From Thermococcus kodakarensis KOD1 (GTDB lineage: Archaea > Methanobacteriota_B > Thermococci > Thermococcales > Thermococcaceae): 32,000 nucleotides of DNA. This document shows, one piece after another, positions 1 through 9,362 of the stretch. A program made the position numbers and the translations under genes. How positions within the stretch are numbered: the stretch's first letter is position 1; each line of letters opens with the position of its first letter. The stretch spans positions 570,001 through 602,000 of the forward strand of contig NC_006624.1 of NCBI RefSeq assembly GCF_000009965.1. The letters run 5' to 3'. The notes beneath the pieces were generated by a model. The model ran no database searches, was not told the DNA's origin, and saw nothing but the letters and a program-made list of their open reading frames with translations.

Positions 1-1
1 T

Positions 2-136
2 ATAGAGGCCAAGGAAGCCATCGACAGGCTCAACGAGGAAGGAATACCGGCCTACCCAGAGCCGGAGAGGGCAATAAAGGCCCTCGCAGCGCTCTACCGC
101 TGGAGCAGGTGGAAGAAGAAGCAGAAGAAGGAGTGA
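2..136 (+). CDS. 3' end of a CDS cut by the window edge; the C-terminus resembles the ADP-forming acetyl-CoA synthetase alpha subunit (CoA-ligase family)
   Basis: Open frame from nt 2 to TGA at 134-136: IEAKEAIDRLNEEGIPAYPEPERAIKALAALYRWSRWKKKQKKE*. The GIPxYPxPERAxxAL ending is typical of archaeal ACS(ADP)/succinyl-CoA-ligase-like alpha subunits. A T6 tract follows at 153-158. Confidence 0.45.
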   Translation: MEAKEAIDRLNEEGIPAYPEPERAIKALAALYRWSRWKKKQKKE

Positions 137-178
137 TCTCCTTCCCATTCATTTTTTGGTCTTGAGACACCACACGTA

Positions 179-736
179 TCACTCGTAGACGAGTTTTAGA
201 TTTTTGGTTGTGTTCAGTAACTCATCAGCAAGTTCCTCCGGGATATCTCGCGGATCACCGTATTTCCCAATCTTTCTTGCTATGCGAGAAATCTCCCTAA
301 AGGTTTCAATATTCGTCCGGATAGTCTCGGTCCTATTGACTCCCCTCTTGGAGCGTATGTCAATAAAGAATCTTTCAAGGTTCCCGAAGGCCCTTCCAAT
401 CTTGTAATACTTGAAATACCCCTCGTATAACTCATAGCTTAAGAAGATGAAAACCCTCTCAACATGCCTAGCCATAAGGTAATAAGCACCCGCGTATTCG
501 ACTATCTCATCTTCCGAAGCATTTTTCTCAAGGAGATCCTCAAAGGCTCTATCCATGTAACCAAACTCAAAGATATCCTCGGCTACTGTCAAGTACACCC
601 TACCCCAGCTCTCCTCACGAACCGTTCTGGAGAGTTTCAGGTCTTCCTCAGCTTTGTGCCACGAGTACGTGGTGAAGAGGGCAACCAAAACCAACGCACC
701 AATTGCCAGAGCACATAGTCTCTTCAATGAACTCAC
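179..736 (-). CDS. hypothetical protein with N-terminal signal-anchor/TM helix
   Basis: 185-aa ORF with GTG start at 736. Hydrophobic N-terminus LCALAIGALVLVALF, then a charged helical-looking body. No family recognised. Confidence 0.55.
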   Translation of the reverse strand: MSSLKRLCALAIGALVLVALFTTYSWHKAEEDLKLSRTVREESWGRVYLTVAEDIFEFGYMDRAFEDLLEKNASEDEIVEYAGAYYLMARHVERVFIFLSYELYEGYFKYYKIGRAFGNLERFFIDIRSKRGVNRTETIRTNIETFREISRIARKIGKYGDPRDIPEELADELLNTTKNLKLVYE

Positions 737-1037
737 CTAATAACATATAGGCTCAAATGCTTATTAATGTTTCAGACATTGTGGTATGGTCATGTTCCCA
801 GATCCCCAAAGATTTCAGAGGCTTCAAAATTCATACAACTATGGCTATACACGGAGGAAACGAAACCTATGAACCATACGGGAAACATTCGACGGGAAGA
901 GCTTGTGTTCAGCATAATCCCGCTCTGGATGTTCGTTTACGGCCTCATCAATGCACCACTCTAGTTGTAATAGCTCCACTTCCATGGTCTCGAGATAACA
1001 TATAAATTCCAATAGCATCACTTAAAACGGTGATACC

Positions 1038-1745
1038 ATGCTCATCGCCCTAATCTCAGACATCCACTCCAACTGGGAGGCCCTTCAGGCGGTGTGGAAA
1101 GAGGTAAAGCACGCTGATACGATACTCTGTATGGGGGATCTCGTCGGCTATGGGGCGAGTCCAAACGAGGTCGTTGAGTTCGTCAGAAAGCAGATGGGGA
1201 AGAGGACTTTTCTCTGCGTCCGGGGCAACCACGACAACGCGGTGGCATTTGGGGCGGACTGGGGGTTCAATCCCTACGCGAGGGAAGCGGTTAGATGGCA
1301 CCAGTGGGTTATGAAGAGCGAGAACATAGAGTTCCTCAGAAGACTTCCAGTGAGGCAGCTTTTTACCGACGATGCTGGCAGGACTTATCTACTCATTCAC
1401 GGCTCCCCGAGGGCACCTCTGGATGAGTACCTCTTCCCATGGCTTCCAGAGAGCGAGTTCAGGGCTGTTCTTACCTACATCAGGCAGGACGACCTTCTGG
1501 TGGGTCACACTCACATTCCGATGCTCAAAGTCATAGAAGGACGAAGAATAATTAACCCAGGCTCCGTAGGCCAGCCGAGGGACGGGGACTGGCGGGCAAG
1601 CTACGCCATCATAGACACAAGCGAAGAACCCCCAGAGAACGTGGAGTTCCACAGGGTGGAATACGATGTGGAAGAAGCGGCAAGAAAAATAATCGAAGAG
1701 GGCCTTCCAAGGTTCCTGGCAAATAGGCTGTTTGAGGGCCTTTAA
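1038..1745 (+). CDS. metallophosphoesterase (YfcE/MJ0936-like calcineurin-fold phosphodiesterase)
   Basis: Motifs DIHSN, GDLVGYG, GNHD and GHTH in the canonical order. SD GGTGAT at 1029-1034 and a TATA-like ATATAAAT at 999-1006. Confidence 0.85.
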   Translation: MLIALISDIHSNWEALQAVWKEVKHADTILCMGDLVGYGASPNEVVEFVRKQMGKRTFLCVRGNHDNAVAFGADWGFNPYAREAVRWHQWVMKSENIEFLRRLPVRQLFTDDAGRTYLLIHGSPRAPLDEYLFPWLPESEFRAVLTYIRQDDLLVGHTHIPMLKVIEGRRIINPGSVGQPRDGDWRASYAIIDTSEEPPENVEFHRVEYDVEEAARKIIEEGLPRFLANRLFEGL

Positions 1746-2077
1746 CCCTTTCTTTGAAGGCCGCCGCCAAGCCTCTTCTCCCGTGCAGTTGCAGTCACGC
1801 TTGGAAGGTGCTTGAGCTTTGACTTAACGGCCAGTTTGCTGGAGTCTATTATTATGACTTCACCAATGCTCTTCACTGCACTGATTGGGATCAGAAGGAG
1901 TCCTTCCTGGTCCGTGACAAACTCGCTGACGTCGAGATCCTCGTCGGGCTCTGCAACGATGACGAGTATTTCCCCTGTCTCCTCATCGAAGCTCAGGTCG
2001 TAGACCCATCCAAGCCTTATTCCCGTGTCGGTTATCAGCTCAACGTCCCTAAGTTTTGATGCCATTATCTTTACCAT
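1742..2077 (-). CDS. PRC-barrel domain protein
   Basis: 111 aa. The pattern LRDVELITDTGIRLGWVYDLSFDEETGEILVIV...LLIPISAVKSIGEVIII is typical of small archaeal PRC-barrel proteins. SD AGAGGTGG lies upstream on the minus strand. Confidence 0.7.
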   Translation of the reverse strand: MVKIMASKLRDVELITDTGIRLGWVYDLSFDEETGEILVIVAEPDEDLDVSEFVTDQEGLLLIPISAVKSIGEVIIIDSSKLAVKSKLKHLPSVTATAREKRLGGGLQRKG

Positions 2078-2155
2078 TATCAGCCACCTCTGGAGTTGTT
2101 CCCACCGTTATTGGGCATCGGTGTATAAAACCTTTTCCAAAAATAAAGTGGGGTG

Positions 2156-4663
2156 TCAGAAGGTATAGTAGTCGGGGCCTCCTCTTTCCTTCCCTGCCTG
2201 CTTCTTTCTGTTCTCCTCAAAGCTCCTGTAGTACTCCATCATGTACGGCGTGACGCTCGGTTTGACCTTCTTCATGGCCATCTCGAAGTCCTTCTTCGAC
2301 ACCTTCAGCCTCTCAAGGAACTCCTCGGACTCGCTTTCAACTACCTCACGCGGGAGCTCTCTCATTATCCTGCGCATCGCTATTAGGGCCGCCTCCCTGA
2401 CGAGCGCGGCTATGTCCGCACCCGTGTAGCCTTCGGTCTTCTTGGCGAGCTCCCTAAGGTCAACATCACCTGCAAGCGGTACTCTTCTGGTGTGGACTTT
2501 GAATATTTCGAGTCTGGCCTTCTCGTCTGGAGCTGGAACGAGTATCAGCCTGTCGAACCTTCCTGGCCTGAGGAGTGCTGGATCGATAATGTCCGGCCTG
2601 TTGGTGGCACCAATGACGACCACGCCGCTGTTCTCCTGAATACCGTCCATCTCGGTGAGCAGCTGGTTGATCAGCCTGTCAGTGACCCTGTCCCCCTCGG
2701 ATCCCCTGGCCGGTGCTATTGCATCGATCTCGTCTATGAACACCACCGTCGGAGCAGCCTGGCGAGCCTTCCTGAAGATTTCCCTAATCCTCTTCTCGGT
2801 CTCACCGACCCACTTTGAGAGAACCTCTGGCCCCCTTATCGCTATGAAGTTGGCCTGGCTCTCGTTGGCTACTGCCTTGGCGAGGAGAGTCTTACCCGTT
2901 CCTGGCGGGCCGTAGAGGAGTATTCCCTTCGGCGGCTCAATGCCGAGCCTCTCAAAGGCCTTGGGGTACTTGAGCGGCCATTCTACTGCTTCTCTGAGCT
3001 CCTGCTTGACATCTTCAAGGCCCCCGATGTCCTCCCAGCGGACGTTCGGGACTTCGATGAGTACCTCCCTGAGGGCACTTGGCTCAACCATCTTGAGGGC
3101 CTCGTAAAAGTCGTCTCTTCTAACGCGGAGCTCCTGGAGAACCTCTGGTGGGATTCTCTCCTGTTCGGGGCTTATCTTGCCCTCTTTGATGAGCCTCCTG
3201 AGAACGACCATGGCCGCTTCTCTTGCAAGGGCAGCTAAATCAGCACCGACGAAGCCGTGCGTAACTTCAGCCAGCTCGTCGAGCATTTTGTCTATCAGCC
3301 TGTTCCTGACCTCGGAGTATATTTCGGCGTCCTTTTTGAGGGCCTCCTTGACTTCGCTCTCGTTCTTTGCGTTCTCAACTTCGGCAATGATTTTGTCTAC
3401 TCTTTCAGCATCAAAGTTGCCCTTTTCCCTTATCTCGCGGAGCACCCTAAGGACGGCCTCTTTGTCGTAGTCCGGTTCGAGGGGCATTCCTCTGGTGTGG
3501 ATCTGGAGTATCTCCTTCCTGCCCTGCTTGTCGGGAACGCCGACCTCAATCTCTCTGTCGAACCTTCCAGGCCTCCTCAGGGCCGGGTCGAGTGCATCAG
3601 GTCTGTTGGTAGCGGCAATGACTATGACCTTCCCACGGCTCTTGAGACCGTCCATCAGGGTAAGCAGCTGGCTGACAACCCTCTTCTCGACCTCCCCAAC
3701 GACCTCTTCTCTCTTGGGGGCTATCGCGTCTATCTCATCAATGAAGATTATGCTCGGGGCGTTCTCCTCGGCTTCTTTGAATATCTCCCTCAGCCTCTCC
3801 TCGCTCTCGCCGTAGAACTTGCTCATTATCTCTGGGCCGTTGATGGCTATGAAGTGGGCGTTTGCCTCGTTGGCGACGGCCTTCGCCAGGAGAGTCTTAC
3901 CCGTTCCTGGCGGCCCGTAGAGGAGAACTCCCTTCGGCGGTTCAATCCCAAGCCTCTCGAAGAGCTCCGGGTGCTTGAGCGGGAGCTCGACCATCTCACG
4001 GATTTTTTGAATGGCGTCGCTGAGGCCGCCTATGTCTTCGTAGGTGACCTCAGGGATGCTCTCCTCCTTGACTTCGACGGCCTGCGGGAGCACCTCGACC
4101 TCGGTGTTGTAGGTTATCTGGACGATGCCTTTTGGAACTGTGTTTACCACAACGAACTTCAGCTCACCGAAGCCGATCGGCATAGCCTCGAAGAACCCTC
4201 TGAGCAGCTCATCAAAGGGCGAGTAAACCGCCTCGTTCTGTCCACCGGCCACTACGAGGTCGCCCTTGACGACGGGCCTTCCGAGGAGGTTCTGCTTTAC
4301 AATCTCCCCAGGAATCTGGATGAAGACTCCCTTCTGGGCAGGGGCCAGAACGACCTTCTTGGCCTCCTGGACTTCCGCCCTGGAGACCGTGACGTAGTCC
4401 CCTATGCTCACTCCCGCGTTTCTCCTGATGTAGCCGTCCATCCTGATTATGTCAAGTCCCCTGTCGTCTGGGTGGGCGTTTGCAACTATCGCCGCCGTAA
4501 CCCTCTCTCCCTTGAGCGCAACTATGTCACCTGGCTCAACGCCGAGCTTTCTCTGGTACTTTCTGTCAAACCTGACTATTCCCCTTCCAACGTCCCTTTT
4601 CAGGGCCTCCGCGACGCGGAGCTTAATCTCGTCAACCTTTTCATCTTCTTTACCGAATATCAT
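2156..4663 (-). CDS. cdc48: CDC48/VCP/p97-type AAA+ ATPase (two AAA domains plus N-terminal double-psi barrel domain)
   Basis: 835 aa. Two Walker A motifs [15 protein letters not shown] and two Walker B motifs ([18 protein letters not shown]). N-domain signature [19 protein letters not shown]. The start overlaps the upstream gene by 4 nt (ATGA). Confidence 0.97.
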   Translation of the reverse strand: MIFGKEDEKVDEIKLRVAEALKRDVGRGIVRFDRKYQRKLGVEPGDIVALKGERVTAAIVANAHPDDRGLDIIRMDGYIRRNAGVSIGDYVTVSRAEVQEAKKVVLAPAQKGVFIQIPGEIVKQNLLGRPVVKGDLVVAGGQNEAVYSPFDELLRGFFEAMPIGFGELKFVVVNTVPKGIVQITYNTEVEVLPQAVEVKEESIPEVTYEDIGGLSDAIQKIREMVELPLKHPELFERLGIEPPKGVLLYGPPGTGKTLLAKAVANEANAHFIAINGPEIMSKFYGESEERLREIFKEAEENAPSIIFIDEIDAIAPKREEVVGEVEKRVVSQLLTLMDGLKSRGKVIVIAATNRPDALDPALRRPGRFDREIEVGVPDKQGRKEILQIHTRGMPLEPDYDKEAVLRVLREIREKGNFDAERVDKIIAEVENAKNESEVKEALKKDAEIYSEVRNRLIDKMLDELAEVTHGFVGADLAALAREAAMVVLRRLIKEGKISPEQERIPPEVLQELRVRRDDFYEALKMVEPSALREVLIEVPNVRWEDIGGLEDVKQELREAVEWPLKYPKAFERLGIEPPKGILLYGPPGTGKTLLAKAVANESQANFIAIRGPEVLSKWVGETEKRIREIFRKARQAAPTVVFIDEIDAIAPARGSEGDRVTDRLINQLLTEMDGIQENSGVVVIGATNRPDIIDPALLRPGRFDRLILVPAPDEKARLEIFKVHTRRVPLAGDVDLRELAKKTEGYTGADIAALVREAALIAMRRIMRELPREVVESESEEFLERLKVSKKDFEMAMKKVKPSVTPYMMEYYRSFEENRKKQAGKERGGPDYYTF

Positions 4664-5418
4664 CTTGAACGCCCCCTCCTGTGAATTTCTATCGCCTCCT
4701 CAAGCGTGAGGTTCCCGAGCGCAACCTCCCTGGCCAGCCTGGAGGAAATCGTAATGTTTCCGCTCAGCTCGCGGCTCCTTCTTTTTATATGCTCTATCTC
4801 CTTTTTCGTGGGTTCTTTTACCTCCAGAACGTCGCCTATGGTGGTCTCCCTGCCTTCCCTGAGTCCGATGTTTATGGATGCAACGATATCAACCACTGAG
4901 GAGCTTTCAACCCCGCCGACCTTAGGCGTTGTTCTGGACTCGTTCACAATGATTATTGGGTAGTCATACCCGAGTACTTCCCCGAGGGCTTTCAGCATCA
5001 TTGTCCTCTGCCTTTTGGCCCCATTGCCGACCTTCAGCTTGGCGGTCGGGTATTTCTCAAGCAGTCCCACTACGGGTTCGACGTCTTTGGGGCTTTTAAG
5101 CCTGTGGACCTCTATAACCCTTCCGTCGGCGACGACGCTCATTCCCGGCCTGTCCCCCGGGTCTATGGCTATGAAGACGTTCTGGAAGCGCTTTCTCCCC
5201 TCCAGCCTGGCGAGAAGGTCGTCTATGAAGTTTTCATCCCTCACGATAACCTTAACAGGGAACTCAACCTTATCTTTCTCACCCGTGAGCACGACCTCAA
5301 CATCGTAGGGAATCTTCTCGCCAACCCTAAGGCTCAGAAAGGGTATCCCATACTCCTTTAACACCTTGGTGGCGAGGTAGTAGACCCTCACGTCGCCTGT
5401 CATGATCGCTACTCTCAT
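4660..5418 (-). CDS. conserved hypothetical protein, possibly RNase H-fold (RuvC/YqgF-like central motif); function unknown
   Basis: 252-aa ORF. The central segment [27 protein letters not shown] resembles the first-strand DxG motif of RuvC/YqgF-like nucleases. Translationally coupled to cdc48. TATA TTTTTTAA sits about 21 nt upstream of the ATG on the minus strand. Confidence 0.5.
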   Translation of the reverse strand: MRVAIMTGDVRVYYLATKVLKEYGIPFLSLRVGEKIPYDVEVVLTGEKDKVEFPVKVIVRDENFIDDLLARLEGRKRFQNVFIAIDPGDRPGMSVVADGRVIEVHRLKSPKDVEPVVGLLEKYPTAKLKVGNGAKRQRTMMLKALGEVLGYDYPIIIVNESRTTPKVGGVESSSVVDIVASINIGLREGRETTIGDVLEVKEPTKKEIEHIKRRSRELSGNITISSRLAREVALGNLTLEEAIEIHRRGRSR

Positions 5419-5496
5419 GGTCGAAAGTTAGCAGGGACGTTAAAAAACCTTTTCTGAGCTGTGGTTGTTGGGCAGATGGTAAAGAAGAAGGAGTTC

Positions 5497-6539
<1,043 letters not shown>

Positions 6540-6546
6540 GCTTTCG

Positions 6547-7593
6547 TCAGCACTTCCCGTTCGCGACTTCGCTGATAAGCCTGGCAGCAACGGGGACTGG
6601 GAAGACCTTCTTGGGGGCTTTCTTTAGAAGCCACTCTTCAATCTCTTTTGCCCTCTCCTTTCCTTCCCTCATAGCTGTCCCAATGTTCCTCGGAGCCACA
6701 ACATCGCCCGCGAAGAAGATGCCTGCTTCCTTTAGAATTTCCTCGTTGGCGCAGACCACCTCCCTTATCGGGCTGGTCGGTAGCTGGCCAATGGCGTAGG
6801 CAACGATGTCGGCATCGAGTATAAAGCGCTCGTCAGTGGTTATGACGCTTCCCTCTTCGATTCTAGTCTTTGCGAACTCGACTCCCTGAACCCTTTCGTC
6901 TCCGATTATCCTCACGGGAGTTGCGAACTCTATGAACTCAACGCCCTCTTCAATGAGTTTTCTGATCTCGGTCTTCGCGTAGCTGTGCTCCAGCCCCCTC
7001 CTGTAGACCATCGTTATCTTCTCCGCTCCGAGAAGCCTGCCCTCGATGGCAACGTCAACCGCCGTGTAGCCTGCTCCTATAACCACAATGTGCTTGCCCT
7101 TGAGGTCGGGTATCCCCTCCCAGGAGTAGTAGCCTATCCTCGCCATCTTTATGTGGTGGAGCAGGCTGAGGGCGTCGTAAACGCCGGGAAGGTCAGCACC
7201 TGGCACTTTCAATTTCCTCGGCCTCCAGGCACCGGTTGCTATCAGAATCGCGTCAAACTCCCCTAAAAGTCTCTCAAGCGAGACGAAGTGTTCCGCCCAC
7301 TCGTCGCCCAGCTCCCTGGGAGAATCGTAGACCACCTTCGTCCTGAAGTGGAAGTTCACTCCAAGCCTCTCAAGATCTCTAACCCCTCCTCTAACCGTCC
7401 TTATTGGTATTCTGGTCTCTGGGATTCCAAAGGCCACCATTCCTCCTCCTTCGGGCATCTTCTCGTAAACGTGGACTTCGTAGCCTCTACAGGCCAGATA
7501 ACCAGCCGCCGACAATCCCGCCGGTCCTGCGCCGATGATCGCTATCCTGAAAGGCTTTGGTTCTCCCTTTTCCCTGCAGATGTAGAACCTCAC
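6547..7593 (-). CDS. GltD-family FAD/NAD(P)-dependent oxidoreductase (glutamate synthase small-subunit-like, lacking the N-terminal Fe-S domain)
   Basis: 348 aa. Two dinucleotide-binding motifs (IAIIGAGPAGLSAAGYL and VVIGAGYTAVDVA) and the GGMVAFGIPETRIP block typical of GltD/SudA-like proteins. GTG start preceded by GGGGGTGAT. Confidence 0.8.
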   Translation of the reverse strand: MRFYICREKGEPKPFRIAIIGAGPAGLSAAGYLACRGYEVHVYEKMPEGGGMVAFGIPETRIPIRTVRGGVRDLERLGVNFHFRTKVVYDSPRELGDEWAEHFVSLERLLGEFDAILIATGAWRPRKLKVPGADLPGVYDALSLLHHIKMARIGYYSWEGIPDLKGKHIVVIGAGYTAVDVAIEGRLLGAEKITMVYRRGLEHSYAKTEIRKLIEEGVEFIEFATPVRIIGDERVQGVEFAKTRIEEGSVITTDERFILDADIVAYAIGQLPTSPIREVVCANEEILKEAGIFFAGDVVAPRNIGTAMREGKERAKEIEEWLLKKAPKKVFPVPVAARLISEVANGKC

Positions 7594-7626
7594 TCAATCA
7601 CCCCCAATATTTTTTTAGAACCTTTG

Positions 7627-7649
7627 GTTTTTAACAAAAAGTTTTCAAC
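7627..7649. promoter_or_regulatory. SurR-type operator: GTTtttAACaaaaaGTTttcAAC
   Basis: Exact match to the published SurR palindrome GTTn3AAC. It also matches the extended form GTTn3AACn5GTT, here continued into a second full palindrome. It lies in the divergent intergenic region between the GltD-like gene and the SDR gene. Confidence 0.55.
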
Positions 7650-7765
7650 TTTAAGGCATTTTTCATGAAAAGTTTGTACAAATGACGAAAACTTTCCAAA
7701 TTCGGGAAACCTAATTCGTCGGATAGACGGACAAGGTTATTAACTACTTCCGCCAAGTGATTTCC

Positions 7766-8572
7766 ATGAGCGTGGAGATAGACCTGAGGGGAATGCGGGT
7801 CATCGTCACTGCATCATCAAGGGGTATCGGCTTCAACGTCGCGCGCGAACTCCTGAAGAGAAACGCAAGGGTCGTCATCAGCTCCAGGAATTCCGAACAT
7901 CTCAAGATGGCCGAAAAAGAGCTGGCGGAGTTCGGAGAAGTCCAAACTGTTAAGGCAAACCTATACGACCAGCGGGAGCTGGAGAACCTTGTAAAAACTT
8001 CCTGGGAACTTCTCGACGGAATTGATGCCCTAATCTGGAATGCCGGCAACGTGAGGTGCGAGCCCTGCTTCCTCCACGAGGCCACCTATATGGACTGGCT
8101 TGAGGCGGCCGCACTCCATTCCGTCGCGCCAGGCTACCTCACGACGCTCCTAGTCCAGACCTGGCTGGAAAAGAAGATGAAGGGAACGCTCGTTTATCTT
8201 AACTCGGTCTCGGTGAAGGAGCCAATGCCTCCGCTGGTTCTGGCGGACGTGACGAGAGCTGGACTAATCCAGCTGGCGAAGAGCGTTTCGAGAACCTACG
8301 GGAAGTACGGCATCAGGGCCTACTCGGTGCTTTTGGGAAGCTTCGACACCCCCGGTGCGAGGGAAAACCTGAGAAAACTGGCCGAGGAAAGGGGAGAACC
8401 CTTTGAGGAGACCTGGGAGAGGGAAGTCCTCTCGAGGACACCGCTCCACAGAACGGGCAGGTGGGAAGAGCTCGGCTCGCTGGTGGCCTTCCTGCTGAGC
8501 GAGGAAGCTGAGTACATGCTCGGCTCTACGGTCGTTATAGACGGGGCGATGACGAGGGCGGTGGACATTTGA
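7766..8572 (+). CDS. short-chain dehydrogenase/reductase (SDR) fold protein with a non-canonical active site
   Basis: Rossmann motif VTASSRGIGFNVA, NAG motif and PG motif (GSFDTPG). ATG at 7766 sits about 26 nt downstream of the A/T box TTATTAAC (7736-7743), so the ORF-track start at 7757 is probably too early. Confidence 0.8.
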   Translation: MSVEIDLRGMRVIVTASSRGIGFNVARELLKRNARVVISSRNSEHLKMAEKELAEFGEVQTVKANLYDQRELENLVKTSWELLDGIDALIWNAGNVRCEPCFLHEATYMDWLEAAALHSVAPGYLTTLLVQTWLEKKMKGTLVYLNSVSVKEPMPPLVLADVTRAGLIQLAKSVSRTYGKYGIRAYSVLLGSFDTPGARENLRKLAEERGEPFEETWEREVLSRTPLHRTGRWEELGSLVAFLLSEEAEYMLGSTVVIDGAMTRAVDI

Positions 8573-8618
8573 CGAAAGGCTTATTTTGATCAGTTCCAAC
8601 TTTCAGAGGTGGGGGAAA

Positions 8619-9032
8619 GTGGTCAGTATGGAGGAGCTCCGCAGGGACTTCAGGGAGTTCAAAGACCTCTGCATGGGGATTCTTCTCTACGGCTCCCACG
8701 TCAAGGGAGAGGCAACCGGGCAGAGCGATGTTGATGTGTGCCTTGTGAAACCGAAGCCAGGGACGTACGAGAAGGTTCTGGAAAGGCTCGGCGGAAAGTA
8801 CGACGTCAAGGTTTTCGAGGAGCTGCCCCTCTACATTCAGATCGATGTAATCAAGAACCACCGGGTAATCTATGGAGACGAGCTCGAGCTTTCAGAGTAC
8901 TTTTACAGGTTCAGAAAGCTCTGGAATGACATGGAGCACCGAATACGGGAGAACAGGTTTGAAAGCGTGAGGGAAAAAGTCAGACTGAGGAGGCGAGCCC
9001 GTGAGAAGGCAAAGGTACTTGGAAAGGCTTGA
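8619..9032 (+). CDS. MNT-type (Pol-beta superfamily) nucleotidyltransferase, putative antitoxin-like component
   Basis: The motif LLYGSHVKGEATGQSDVDVCLV is the GS...DxD minimal NTase signature. SD GAGGTG at 8606-8611 favours GTG 8619; ATG 8628 or TTG 8586 are alternatives. Confidence 0.8.
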   Translation: MVSMEELRRDFREFKDLCMGILLYGSHVKGEATGQSDVDVCLVKPKPGTYEKVLERLGGKYDVKVFEELPLYIQIDVIKNHRVIYGDELELSEYFYRFRKLWNDMEHRIRENRFESVREKVRLRRRAREKAKVLGKA

Positions 9033-9042
9033 GAAATTGTAG
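9001..9042 (+). pseudogene. 13-codon stub, possibly the remnant 5' end of the HEPN partner gene of the NTase
   Basis: GAGGAGG (8987-8993), a 7-nt spacer, then GTG 9001. It encodes MRRQRYLERLEKL* and overlaps the NTase 3' end as in MNT-HEPN operons. The TAG at 9040-9042 coincides with the drop in G+C. Confidence 0.3.
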
Positions 9043-9278
9043 GTGCTCTAAAGAAATTTAAATTTGGTTTTCGTAGAGATGTAGAGAAACCTAAGACACC
9101 TTAAAGAGGTTTTAGAGTGAATTCTTCTTTATAATTTCTTTCTTAGGAGATTAAATGGAACATCTAAAGGGGAAACCTTAAGATCACTAATCACATCTTA
9201 GTTCAGATTTTGTTTTCTATCAGATAAAATGAATCATATTTTTAGGTTTAAAACCTGAGGTTAATAACATAAGGTTCT

Positions 9279-9295
9279 CAAAAATATTTTAATTT
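9279..9295 (+). promoter_or_regulatory. candidate BRE/TATA (AAAAATATTTTAATTT) for the precursor-peptide transcript
   Basis: The best A/T box upstream of 9363 would place a TSS near 9315. The background is AT-rich, so specificity is low. Confidence 0.25.
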
Positions 9296-9362
9296 AAGAT
9301 GGATAATTGTAATTGCTGAGGCATGGGCCTGTGAAGCATGATGAACCTGCAAGGTGGTGAAC

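Noticed and set aside
909-950. Possible C/D box sRNA on the minus strand (TGATGA at 950-945, CTGA at 912-909)
   Set aside because: There are no internal D'/C' boxes and no terminal stem, and the spacing does not fit the 12-nt guide architecture.
1017-1034. Inverted repeat ATCAC-N8-GTGAT resembling the Thermococcales glycolytic motif (TATCAC-N5-GTGATA)
   Set aside because: The spacer is 8 nt rather than 5, and the left half lacks the TA. The right half is simply the GGTGAT Shine-Dalgarno of the phosphoesterase gene.
3257-4684. 475-aa plus-strand ORF antisense to cdc48, and the other plus-strand ORFs between 2153 and 4709
   Set aside because: These are shadow ORFs of a GC-rich gene. The translation is low-complexity (L/V/D/G/R-rich) with no motifs, whereas the minus strand encodes an unmistakable CDC48.
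5419-5496. Phr heat-shock operator (TTTnnTnnCnnnnnGnnAnnAAA) upstream of the cdc48 operon
   Set aside because: I checked TTTTTTAACGTCCCTGCTAACTTT on the minus strand by hand. The G and AAA positions do not match the consensus.
9155-9181. 8-codon ORF MEHLKGKP* preceded by AGGAG
   Set aside because: It is too short, sits in AT-rich spacer where chance ATG and stop codons are frequent, and has no supporting features.
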